Virus record (IMG/VR): IMGVR_UViG_3300010356_000549
Location: 11,107-75,106 of that record
Length of the DNA: 64,000 nucleotides
Direction: 5' to 3' (one strand)
DNA from: a virus
Lineage: Duplodnaviria; Caudoviricetes
Each line of letters starts with the position of its first letter. Position 1 is the first letter of the stretch. The position numbers and the translations under genes are program-made. Below the pieces are notes generated by a model. It saw nothing but the letters and a program-made list of their open reading frames with translations, was not told the origin of the DNA and ran no database searches. Shown here one piece after another: positions 52,527-61,109 of the stretch.

Positions 52527-53585
52527 ATGAGGACTAACGCAAATAAGGGGAACACGGCACAGACCGCAGAGTCACGCCGGGGAGCACTACGGGAAGCCGT
52601 GGCCAGGGACGAGGAGGCAGCCAAAAAGAGGGCGGCTAACTCAAATCAACCATGGCGCTTTTTTCAGGCCAAGGGTGCAGAAACGGAGGTGATAATTCTG
52701 GACAAGGAGCTGGAGGAAGCCTTCTGGCGCAATGAGCACAACCTGGAAATCGCGGGCAAGTGGGGCAACTATGAGCCGTGTATAGCAGACTCAGGACCAT
52801 GTCCCCACTGTAAAGCGGGGTCATCCCCCTACCTTGTGGTGCTGCTTACCGTATTGGTGATTCAGCAATACACCAACAAGAAGACGGGCAAGGTGACCGA
52901 ATACTCCAAACGTTTGCTGCCCATCAAGCGCAGCCAGTTCGTGGCCTTTGAAAAGATCGAGAAAGTGGCGCTCAAGAAGTACGGCACGTTGCGGGGTGTG
53001 TCCATTCTACTGGCTCGATCAACGGAGGAAACCTCCTTTTCCACCGGGATGCCCGTTCCTAATGATGATGGGGAGGTCATCAATGACTTCCTCACCGAGA
53101 AGCAATTAGTGGAGGAGTTTGGTAATGCCGTGGAATTGGCTCGGGATGGCAAGACCGTGTTGAAGGCGAAGAACGAGGACTTGGTGGTTTATGATTATCA
53201 CAAGTATTTCCCAGAGCCAGATGCAGACGCCATCCGTGAGGAATATGACCTTGATGTTCCAGGGTCGAATCGGGCAAACGCCAAGACGGCGCAGCCTGAG
53301 GGTGGCCGGAGTCGCCGGGCTGCGTCCACGGAAGATGAAGCGCCAGCCACTACCGGGCGCAGGACTCGGGCAGTGAGGGTGGAAGTCGTTGACGATGTTC
53401 ACGACGACGATATTGATGTTCAACCCGTCAACCAACCCGTGGGGGGGCGGCGGAGCCGAACATCTGCTCCATCTGCTCCAGCCGAGGAGGAGGCGGAGGA
53501 GCCCAAACCCACCGGGAGACGCCGGGCATCCTCGAAACCTATCGTCATCGACCATGACGATGACGAGCCTGACTTCCGTGACTAA
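52527..53585 (+). CDS. Single-stranded DNA-binding protein (gp32-like) with acidic C-tail
   Basis: WRFF...VIILD, HNL...C...CPHC, acidic C-terminus DHDDDEPDFRD; location in the replication module. Confidence 0.7.
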   Translation: MRTNANKGNTAQTAESRRGALREAVARDEEAAKKRAANSNQPWRFFQAKGAETEVIILDKELEEAFWRNEHNLEIAGKWGNYEPCIADSGPCPHCKAGSSPYLVVLLTVLVIQQYTNKKTGKVTEYSKRLLPIKRSQFVAFEKIEKVALKKYGTLRGVSILLARSTEETSFSTGMPVPNDDGEVINDFLTEKQLVEEFGNAVELARDGKTVLKAKNEDLVVYDYHKYFPEPDADAIREEYDLDVPGSNRANAKTAQPEGGRSRRAASTEDEAPATTGRRTRAVRVEVVDDVHDDDIDVQPVNQPVGGRRSRTSAPSAPAEEEAEEPKPTGRRRASSKPIVIDHDDDEPDFRD

Positions 53586-53587
53586 TT

Positions 53588-53605
53588 TTTGCACTATCGT
53601 GCAAA
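53588..53605. repeat. 18-bp dispersed motif, variant copy 8 (2 mismatches)
   Basis: TTTGCACTATCGTGCAAA, between the SSB stop and the helicase start. Confidence 0.85.
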
Positions 53606-53624
53606 ATACAAACAGACAAACACG

Positions 53625-55118
53625 ATGCCAGTCCTAAGCTCAATGGTATGGTTCTCTGACTCCGAGGTGATTGAACATCGGATCAGGTATGAACATTACA
53701 AGGTGAAACCGAAAAGGGGTATCCCAACCGACCCTGAGCCTGAGCCTATCCCCTTATGGGTGCGGCGGGGCGCTTGTATCGGTTTACCCGTCGAGCTAGG
53801 GCTGGCAACTTGTGATAGGCTGGGATTAACGGTCATCAATCAACTGACCAAAGGGCACAAGATTCCGGTGCGCAAGATGCCCGACCCTCTACACCCTGCT
53901 GCCTCGCCGGGGCAGGGCCAATTTTTTAATGATCTGATGGGCGCGGCTAAAGACCACTTCTCCCTCTTGGTGGAGGCACCTACGGGGTCAGGCAAAACCG
54001 TGGCAGCCCTCTACATGATAGGCCAGCTCAAGCAATCAGCCGTGATCGTGGTCCCTTCCCGGTCATTAGCGGTTCAATGGATCAAGGAAGCCCGAACACA
54101 CCTGGGGCTGCTTCCAGAGGAGATAGGGCTGGTTGGGGACGGTGAGGAGGATTGGGAGGGAAAACACTTGGTCGTGGTCATCCTCCATAACCTTTTCCAG
54201 CGCGTGTTCCCCATGGACTTTTATGCCATGTTTGGAGTCGCAGTCTGGGATGAGTGCCACAACCTAGGGGCGCGGGAGTTCAGCAAAGTGATGCGGTGCT
54301 TCCCTGCGGAATACAAGGTTGGCCTGTCCGCTACACCTGACCGACGAGACAACTGCGAGGAGGTGTTCATGGCCTATTTTGGCCCAGTGCGGCTAAGGAG
54401 CATTCAGGCGGCTCTCCCCGTCAAGGTCACCGTCATACCTTTCCCCCTAGCACCTATTCCAGGAGGCTTGGCGCATTCCACGAACCCAACCAGGGCGCTC
54501 CAATTCATCTCCCGGCACGAGAAGCGCAACCAGCTACTGACTGGACTGATTACTTCCCTATTCACCGGGGGGCGGCGCATTTTGGTTTTGTGCAAGCATA
54601 TCGACCATGCGGAGGGGCTGCGACAAGCCGTAGTCGACAGAGGCGTGCCGGAAGAGGCGTGCGGCTTGTTCATAGGGCAACGGACGGCCATCTCGAAGGA
54701 CAAGAAACGGCTGGCTGCCCTTTTGTTGCTTTTCAACCATTCCCCTACCCTAGCGGTCACGTATGGATGGTTTATGCTGCTCCAAAGGGTAAAGGTCAAG
54801 GGGGAGGAGCTGGAGGCGGCTAAGGCCAAGACCATAATCTTTGCCACCTACGCCATGATCAAGGAAGGCGTGGATATACCCGCTCTTGATGCAGGCGTGG
54901 AGGCTTTACCCGTAGCGGATGCTCGCCAAGCTATTGGGAGGGTGCGCAGACCCTTACCGGGCAAGCCTATGCCTCTTTGGTTTTCCATAGCGGACAAGGC
55001 ACCTAGCGGGCGCGGAATGGATTTTTTGTATGGCTTCACTCGGGCGCGATTGAAGGGAATTGAAGACACTGAGAACGTCACCATCGAACACCTGAGCGCA
55101 ACACCGAAGTATGATTGA
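53625..55118 (+). CDS. Superfamily 2 helicase (UvsW/Res-like) (start likely ATG 53625)
   Basis: APTGSGKT, WDECH, GLSATP.R.D, EGVDIP.LD, QAIGRVRR. Confidence 0.92.
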   Translation: MPVLSSMVWFSDSEVIEHRIRYEHYKVKPKRGIPTDPEPEPIPLWVRRGACIGLPVELGLATCDRLGLTVINQLTKGHKIPVRKMPDPLHPAASPGQGQFFNDLMGAAKDHFSLLVEAPTGSGKTVAALYMIGQLKQSAVIVVPSRSLAVQWIKEARTHLGLLPEEIGLVGDGEEDWEGKHLVVVILHNLFQRVFPMDFYAMFGVAVWDECHNLGAREFSKVMRCFPAEYKVGLSATPDRRDNCEEVFMAYFGPVRLRSIQAALPVKVTVIPFPLAPIPGGLAHSTNPTRALQFISRHEKRNQLLTGLITSLFTGGRRILVLCKHIDHAEGLRQAVVDRGVPEEACGLFIGQRTAISKDKKRLAALLLLFNHSPTLAVTYGWFMLLQRVKVKGEELEAAKAKTIIFATYAMIKEGVDIPALDAGVEALPVADARQAIGRVRRPLPGKPMPLWFSIADKAPSGRGMDFLYGFTRARLKGIEDTENVTIEHLSATPKYD

Positions 55119-55665
55119 AGAAAACAAGCCAAAAAGGAAACGGGGGCGACCGCCTAGCGGGACACCCAAAAGGGTGCTGACACCGGAAGACATAGCTGCT
55201 AAAAAAGCCTATGCGGTGCAGTATCACAGAAACGTCAGGAAACCACGGATGCAACACCCTATTTACAAGGCGAGGCTGGCGATGCAGGAGAGGGAACGCT
55301 ACAAAAAGCGCAACCCCAACTTCAAGCCTCGCGAATATGGCAAATATGCGGGCAAGGCCGTCAGGTTCTCGGAGAGTCGCCCTGTAAACGGCATTAGCAT
55401 GTTGGTGATGACTTACTTAGGAGCGGCCAAGACACTAAACATCAGATTGTCCAGTCTACTAACGTGGCTAAAGCAGGGCAAGTTTCCGGGGGCTACCCTT
55501 ACAACGGATGAAGGAGAGAAGGTGTGGCACATCGAGGAGATAGATGCCATGGCAACGGTGCTCCAGAAACGACTTGAGGGCCGGGGTCTGTTTATGTCCA
55601 GCTACACCGACGTGATTGAAGAACTATTTGAGGTAATAACAGAACTAAACAATGAAGAAAAGTAA
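55111..55665 (+). CDS. Putative DNA-binding protein (AT-hook-like KRGRPP plus HTH)
   Basis: KRKRGRPP; GAAKTLNIRLSSLLTWLKQGKFP. Confidence 0.55.
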   Translation: MIEENKPKRKRGRPPSGTPKRVLTPEDIAAKKAYAVQYHRNVRKPRMQHPIYKARLAMQERERYKKRNPNFKPREYGKYAGKAVRFSESRPVNGISMLVMTYLGAAKTLNIRLSSLLTWLKQGKFPGATLTTDEGEKVWHIEEIDAMATVLQKRLEGRGLFMSSYTDVIEELFEVITELNNEEK

Positions 55666-56002
55666 TACACAAAACAAACCACCATCTACACAGAGGGAGC
55701 GGACGAGGGCGCAAGCCACCATGGAAACCAGCGTTGCTGTCAACGGGGGGACACCCAGGGAGCAGGCAACCACTCAAAACGTGGAGGTTGATACACCTGC
55801 CGATTGGGTGGCCAAGGTCACGATAGGTGGCGGAATGACTCACCCCACCGTGCCTTTCGGCAACGTAAAGATATGGTGCGAGGTCAGCCTTCCCTGCCAT
55901 GTGGAGGACGTGCAAAAAACGAGGACAACAGCATCTCAGATAGTCGGCGACTGGATCGCTGACGAGTATGAGCTGGCAACCGGGGAAAAATTAGGAGGCT
56001 GA
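55652..56002 (+). CDS. Hypothetical protein
   Basis: 116 aa, operon-packed. Confidence 0.6.
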   Translation: MKKSNTQNKPPSTQRERTRAQATMETSVAVNGGTPREQATTQNVEVDTPADWVAKVTIGGGMTHPTVPFGNVKIWCEVSLPCHVEDVQKTRTTASQIVGDWIADEYELATGEKLGG

Positions 56003-56004
56003 TT

Positions 56005-57162
56005 ATGGCAAGGGAAAGAACACAAAGGGCGGCGGAAGCCGGGCGGGATATCCACATGGAGGGTATGATTCAGGACGTTACCAAGGTCTGCGGGGATGGG
56101 CGTATGGTGAGGGCTACCGAGTTACCCTCAATAAACCATATCCCCACCGGGTCATTCATCATGGATTTTGCCACGTTGGGGGGGCTGCCCGACGGCATCC
56201 CGTCCATGTTCTACGGCTATCACTCCACAGCCAAGTCGACTGCCTACTACCATGTTGTGGCCAACTACCAAGTGAAGTACAGCTCGGACAACGCGGTTTG
56301 GATCGACGCGGAGGGGCTGTTTGACAGGGATTGGGCGCGGAAGATTGGTATTGACTTGGGGCGGCTGGTTCTCGGCTCCCCCGACAACGGAGAGGATGCA
56401 GTGGACATGGTTGAGAAGGCCATCAAGTGTAAGACGACAGGCTTGGTGATATTAGATTCGATACCCGCTTGTGTCCCTTTCAAGGTCGTGGAGAACTCAG
56501 CCGGGGACGATACCATGGGGGCATTAGCTAGGCTGATGGGCAAGATGTGCTCCAAAGTCACTTGCGCCATAAATGAGGAGCGGTCAGAAGGTCACCGGGT
56601 CACCTTCGGGATGGTCAATCAAATCCGGGAGAAGGTGGGTGTGATGTTTGGGTCACCCCTTACCAGGCCGGGGGGCAAACAAATCAACCACCTACCTGCA
56701 ACCGTGCTATGGCTCAAGCTGGTCAAACAACACGTCATCAAAGACAAGTATGACAACGAATGCCCTGACTACAATGAGCAGTCCTTCCACGTTGAGAAAT
56801 CAAAGGTCGGCAGCTCCCTCAAGGATGGCAACTTTAACCTCAACTTCAATACCGAACACTCGTTCGGGGTGCCCGAGGGCCATTATGACAACGTTCCGAC
56901 ACTGCGGGCCTTCGCTGTCAAGATGGGCTTTATCACCGGGAGCGGGGGGAACTATCAACTGGCGAGCATTGCCGAGCATCACCAAGGCACCAAATTCAAG
57001 ACGTACAAGGACATTGAGGCATACCTGTATGCGAACCAAGAGGAGCAGGATACCTTGGCACGTTCCATGATCGTGATGCAACGGGTGGCCAAAAATTTAT
57101 CACCGCTGCCTCCCGACGGCTACCTTGTTTCGCCTCATGGCCGACTGGTAACCCTGGAATAA
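56005..57162 (+). CDS. recA: RecA/UvsX-like recombinase
   Basis: IPTGS..MD.ATLGGLP, YGYHSTAKST (atypical Walker A), WIDAE, VILDSIPA, ARLM, NQIREKVGVMFGSP.T.PGG. Confidence 0.92.
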   Translation: MARERTQRAAEAGRDIHMEGMIQDVTKVCGDGRMVRATELPSINHIPTGSFIMDFATLGGLPDGIPSMFYGYHSTAKSTAYYHVVANYQVKYSSDNAVWIDAEGLFDRDWARKIGIDLGRLVLGSPDNGEDAVDMVEKAIKCKTTGLVILDSIPACVPFKVVENSAGDDTMGALARLMGKMCSKVTCAINEERSEGHRVTFGMVNQIREKVGVMFGSPLTRPGGKQINHLPATVLWLKLVKQHVIKDKYDNECPDYNEQSFHVEKSKVGSSLKDGNFNLNFNTEHSFGVPEGHYDNVPTLRAFAVKMGFITGSGGNYQLASIAEHHQGTKFKTYKDIEAYLYANQEEQDTLARSMIVMQRVAKNLSPLPPDGYLVSPHGRLVTLE

Positions 57163-57180
57163 TTTGCAAGATCGTGCAAA
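57163..57180 (-). repeat. 18-bp dispersed motif, copy 9 (reverse); exactly fills the intergenic gap
   Basis: TAA(57160-62)-TTTGCAAGATCGTGCAAA-ATG(57181). Confidence 0.95.
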
Positions 57181-57543
57181 ATGAAGGTATCCAAACGACG
57201 CAGGGGCAATCCTAACCTATTGACCGACTCCCACCGGAGAGCGCCAAAGCAGGAGGCAGAGCTTGCCAAGCGCACCGGGGGGAGGGTCACCGCCGGGTCA
57301 GGCTGCGGGAATGAGAAGGGCGACGTGAGAGTGCGTGGTGTTCTCAGGATCGAAGCCAAGACGACCAAAAACAAATCATTCTCTGTCACCAGAGACATGG
57401 TTCAATCAATCTGTAACACGGCAGTGGCCTATGGGGAGCTGCCCGCCTTGATCGTGGAATTTCTCAATGCGGCGGGGAAACCTGAGCTTGAAATTGCCAT
57501 CGTCCCAACCTACGTTTTAAACTCAATTATATCAAACGAATGA
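57181..57543 (+). CDS. PD-(D/E)xK nuclease, Holliday junction resolvase-like
   Basis: QEAELAK..GG....GSG....KGDV....RIEAKTT...S. Confidence 0.8.
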   Translation: MKVSKRRRGNPNLLTDSHRRAPKQEAELAKRTGGRVTAGSGCGNEKGDVRVRGVLRIEAKTTKNKSFSVTRDMVQSICNTAVAYGELPALIVEFLNAAGKPELEIAIVPTYVLNSIISNE

Positions 57544-58616
57544 ACACACCGAACACGCCGGGGGAAACCAAGTCACTACTCTTTAAGCGGATGGTGGAGG
57601 CATTAAATCCGCCCATGCTCATCGTCGAGCCACCCATTATGCGGAGAAGCCTAGTCAGGTATTTGGGGGGACCGCTACCCGTGGCATCCACACCTCAAGC
57701 GCAGGCCGAGGTCAAGGCGGCTATCGCTAAGGAGACAAAGGAGGCTCATTTTAAGCTGATGCCCACTGATAAACTGAAACTGGAGCCGGGGCGAATCCTG
57801 ATGGATGCCGGGCACTTTGTCTCCACCAGGGTTTTGGCCATGGATCAGGCACCGGAGGAACGCAGGGGCGGGAAGCACATTCACGGATCAAGCCTGCCTA
57901 CCCTTTGCCCGAGGCGGGAGATTCTGACTCAGCGAGCAGGGAACCGGAGCCAAGTGCCTGGGTCTGTCGACCGGGTGATTTGGGCGCTTGGCCGGGCTGC
58001 GGAGCACCACGTCAGGAGCCAGTTTATCCGGTCGATGGAGTACCAGGGGGTGATCGGGATATGGTCATGCCTTTGTGGGGTAACCTGCAATTCCGGGAAA
58101 TACGTGGGGGAGACTTGCCCGAAGTGCGACGCGCCTGCCGATCAATACGGGGAGCTAACGCTGGTCGATCCTGCTACCAACATTCAGGGGAACCCTGATT
58201 TGCTCTTTTACCAGCCAGGGTCAGAGGTCATGCACGTAGTTGAGATTAAGTCCATCAACAGGACCGCGTTTGAGGCGTTGACTGAGCCTATACCCGACCA
58301 CTTGTTTCAGGCGGCAACCTACCACAAGCTGGCTCTCCTCAGTGGGTTTAATGTGCATAAGCAAGTCACCATATTTTATGTGTGTAAGGATTACATCCGC
58401 AAGCCATACCTCTCTTTCACGGTCAACATCCCTACCCATATTCGAGCTGGCGTGGAACGGGCGTGGACATCGGCCTTAGGGCTCGCGGAGTGGCGGGAAA
58501 AGGACAAGGCAGGCGTGAGCCAGCCGCTGCCCCCGAGGCTATCTGTATGCCAAGGGGTCGGGGATACGCGAGCCAAAGCATGTGATCAGTGTGCTCTATG
58601 CTTTTCTTGTGAATGA
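57540..58616 (+). CDS. Cas4/RecB-like PD-(D/E)xK exonuclease
   Basis: SSL..LCPR, G.A.EH, GNPDLL, VEIKS, FQAATY, C-terminal C..RAK.C.QC..C (Fe-S cysteines). Confidence 0.8.
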   Translation: MNTPNTPGETKSLLFKRMVEALNPPMLIVEPPIMRRSLVRYLGGPLPVASTPQAQAEVKAAIAKETKEAHFKLMPTDKLKLEPGRILMDAGHFVSTRVLAMDQAPEERRGGKHIHGSSLPTLCPRREILTQRAGNRSQVPGSVDRVIWALGRAAEHHVRSQFIRSMEYQGVIGIWSCLCGVTCNSGKYVGETCPKCDAPADQYGELTLVDPATNIQGNPDLLFYQPGSEVMHVVEIKSINRTAFEALTEPIPDHLFQAATYHKLALLSGFNVHKQVTIFYVCKDYIRKPYLSFTVNIPTHIRAGVERAWTSALGLAEWREKDKAGVSQPLPPRLSVCQGVGDTRAKACDQCALCFSCE

Positions 58617-59032
58617 AAAAACAAAAGGACAGACCACACAATGGTGGGCAATGGACGGCGGCTAGGTATCGTTCATTCATTGTGGGCCTGCTTCGGCAGG
58701 GTCACCTAAGGTGGGGGCCAAAATACACGGCTCTAAAGCGGGCTTATGTGGGGCCGGGGATCAACCCGGAAACGGGGCGCAGGTGCAAGCTGCATCGCTG
58801 CGAGATGTGTATGGCTACCTTTCCCCTGAATGCCATGAGGGTGGACCACATCAACCCGGTCGTTGATCCGGTCAGGGGCTTCCAGGGGTGGGACGAATAC
58901 ATCTCCCGGATGTTCCAAGAATCCGACGGGTACCGGGCAATCTGCTCCCCCTGCCATGATAAAATCACTGCCCGTGATAACCGGATTCGCTTGGGGAAAC
59001 CAGCCCGAGAAAGAAAAAAACGATTTTCATAA
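58613..59032 (+). CDS. HNH endonuclease
   Basis: CEMC...VDHINPV...ICSPCHDK. Confidence 0.88.
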   Translation: MKKQKDRPHNGGQWTAARYRSFIVGLLRQGHLRWGPKYTALKRAYVGPGINPETGRRCKLHRCEMCMATFPLNAMRVDHINPVVDPVRGFQGWDEYISRMFQESDGYRAICSPCHDKITARDNRIRLGKPARERKKRFS

Positions 59033-59040
59033 AAAAAGAT

Positions 59041-59069
59041 TTGCAAAGAGTCACGACTAGATTTAAACT
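59041..59069 (+). promoter_or_regulatory. Strong sigma70-like promoter with A-tract
   Basis: AAAAAAAGAT-TTGCAA-17-TAAACT. Confidence 0.7.
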
Positions 59070-59114
59070 CAAAACAGTTAATTAAAACTACAAAACAAAA
59101 TCAATAACAATAAC

Positions 59115-60224
59115 ATGACTAATACCATGAAATCAGTGAAGAAAGCAGAGACCATCAAGAACGGCACCGCAGTAGTGTTCGTCAAATACACCGGGGACGC
59201 CGGGGAACTGAAAGAGGGCACCGCTCTGACTATCACATCGTTTGATTCCCGCAAGGGTCTGTATGACGTGGTGAGCGAAGACGGGATCGTGGACTCCCTC
59301 TTTGTGGATGAGTTCGAGGTGGTTGGGGCCGAGAAGGCTGAGAAACCCAAAACCAAAGTGGTCAAAACCGAGGCTCTCAAGAAAGCCGAGGCGGCCAAAG
59401 CCAAGGCGGCCAAGACTGAGGCACCTAAGGCAGCCAAGCCGGAGAAAATCAACGGGTCACACGTTGACAAGTCACCCGTCGTCGAGAAACCAGCCAAGGC
59501 AGCCAAAGAGGCACCCGTCAAGGCAGCCAAGGTGGAAAAGCCAGCCAAGGCCGAGAAGCCAACCCTGGAGCTGCCTGCCCTAGTCAAGACCAAGGGAGTT
59601 ACTGCGGCTATCAAGGCGGCAGCCGGGAGCGACTTGGGGGCAGCTATTGCTCTGGCAAACGAAAAGGAGCGGACCATCTTCATCCTGGGGGGTGTGCTGG
59701 CGGTCATCAAGCGCAACGGTTCTTTCCAGGCATTGAAGAACAGCGGAGGTAAGGAGTTTTATGAGGCCGGACTCAAGGGCTTCAACCTTTACGTGGAGGA
59801 GGAGCTGGGGATCAAAGCACGCATGGCCGATTACTACGTCTCCATGTATGAGGTATTCAGCCCTCTCGCAACGGAGGAGCAAATCGGGAAAATCGGTTGG
59901 AGTAAACTCCGGGAGCTGCTGCCTTTGCGCAAGCTGCTCACCGCCGACAACATCGAGGAGCTGCTCGACTACACTCGGGAGAACCCAGTGAAGGCTGTTC
60001 AGGAGAAGGTCACCAAGATGCTTAAGGACAATCCGGGCGCGGCTCATGGCTTGGCTGGCCAGGGCACCAAGATGGTGACCTACAAGCTGTCAGTTTTCGA
60101 CGATCAGGCCACCGTGGTGCAGGAGGCATTTGACCTTGCCCGCAACACGATTGGGTCAGAGGCTACTGAGGCGGAATGCTTTGTTCATATCTTGACCCAG
60201 TGGAGTTTGTCTCAAGCCAACTAA
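59115..60224 (+). CDS. Putative DNA-binding protein: beta-rich N-domain, histone H1-like Lys/Ala linker, DUF3102-like helical domain
   Basis: AKAKAAKTEAPKAAKPEK...; LGGVL..IK...FNLYVEEELGIKARMA.YY..MYEVF...GWSKLRELL. Confidence 0.6.
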   Translation: MTNTMKSVKKAETIKNGTAVVFVKYTGDAGELKEGTALTITSFDSRKGLYDVVSEDGIVDSLFVDEFEVVGAEKAEKPKTKVVKTEALKKAEAAKAKAAKTEAPKAAKPEKINGSHVDKSPVVEKPAKAAKEAPVKAAKVEKPAKAEKPTLELPALVKTKGVTAAIKAAAGSDLGAAIALANEKERTIFILGGVLAVIKRNGSFQALKNSGGKEFYEAGLKGFNLYVEEELGIKARMADYYVSMYEVFSPLATEEQIGKIGWSKLRELLPLRKLLTADNIEELLDYTRENPVKAVQEKVTKMLKDNPGAAHGLAGQGTKMVTYKLSVFDDQATVVQEAFDLARNTIGSEATEAECFVHILTQWSLSQAN

Positions 60225-60227
60225 GCC

Positions 60228-61109
60228 ATGGCCGGGGAAATTACCATCCACACCGACGGGAGCTGCAACAATAATCCAAGCGCAGCCAAGTCGGGTGGAT
60301 GGGCCTTTACTGCGGAGCATAAGGGCAAGATAGCAATCCGATGGGGCTGGGCGGAGCACACAACTTCCAGCGCCATGGAGCTTATGGCTGCGCTTTATGC
60401 GCTGAGATTTATCCCTGAGGGGACCACTCCAATCATCCTGATAACGGACAGCCAATACCTAAAAAATGCTATGACTGAATGGAGGCTAGGATGGGCCAGA
60501 CAGGGGTGGAAAAGTGCAACGGGGCGACCGCTCAAAAACTCGGCCATCATGTGGGACTTGCATGTGATAGCGGAGGGCCACCTAAAGACAAGGAGACTGG
60601 AGTTTCGGTGGGTTAAGGGGCACGCGGGCCACGATGGCAATGAGAAAGTGGACGGCTTGGCGGGCCGTGCGAGGACTGAGAAATCAACCAACTGGACGAG
60701 CAAAGACCATCGCTTTAGAGTGGGCAATTTGCACGATCTTGCAAAATCTGAGAACATGATAAAAGTTATTCAACAAGACAATGAGGGCATTAAGCGGGCT
60801 GATACCACACCCACACGGAGATTGACATGTTGCTGCTGCGGCAATGAGACGCGAGGGAGGCAGTGGTGGAACCGAGACACGGGCTATGGCCTATGTGTGG
60901 AGTGTATTGATGCCAATGGGGTGTCCAACGTGCCGATGGGAAGAGTGGCCGACTCCTTTGGAGTGCGGGGAGTCCATTGGGGCTTGACCGTGGAGCCGAT
61001 TGCGGTGCATCCTGATTGGGTGCGAGTCAAGGCGGGATACGACGTGCTGGATGAAGCGGGCAAGGCGGCTTTTGACGCTGCCCTGAATCGGGAAGGCGGT
61101 GAAGCATGA
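60228..61109 (+). CDS. rnhA: Ribonuclease HI with fused C-terminal Cys-cluster domain
   Basis: HTDGSC, GGWA, MELMA, TDSQY, WVKGHAG..GNEKVD.LA; C-terminal CCCCG...RQWWNRDTGYGLC..C. Confidence 0.9.
   Translation: MAGEITIHTDGSCNNNPSAAKSGGWAFTAEHKGKIAIRWGWAEHTTSSAMELMAALYALRFIPEGTTPIILITDSQYLKNAMTEWRLGWARQGWKSATGRPLKNSAIMWDLHVIAEGHLKTRRLEFRWVKGHAGHDGNEKVDGLAGRARTEKSTNWTSKDHRFRVGNLHDLAKSENMIKVIQQDNEGIKRADTTPTRRLTCCCCGNETRGRQWWNRDTGYGLCVECIDANGVSNVPMGRVADSFGVRGVHWGLTVEPIAVHPDWVRVKAGYDVLDEAGKAAFDAALNREGGEA
60728..60745 (+). repeat. 18-bp dispersed motif, copy 10
   Basis: Exact, at the RNase H/C-domain junction, 10 nt before an in-frame ATG (60756). Confidence 0.95.

Noticed and set aside
57540-58616. 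Cas4-like gene as evidence of a CRISPR system
   Set aside because: Stand-alone in the recombination module, as is common for phage exonucleases; no array or other cas genes
10552-60745. 18-bp repeat as a CRISPR array or IS/MITE ends
   Set aside because: Copies are kilobases apart, in both orientations, with no spacers, cas operon, transposase or target-site duplications
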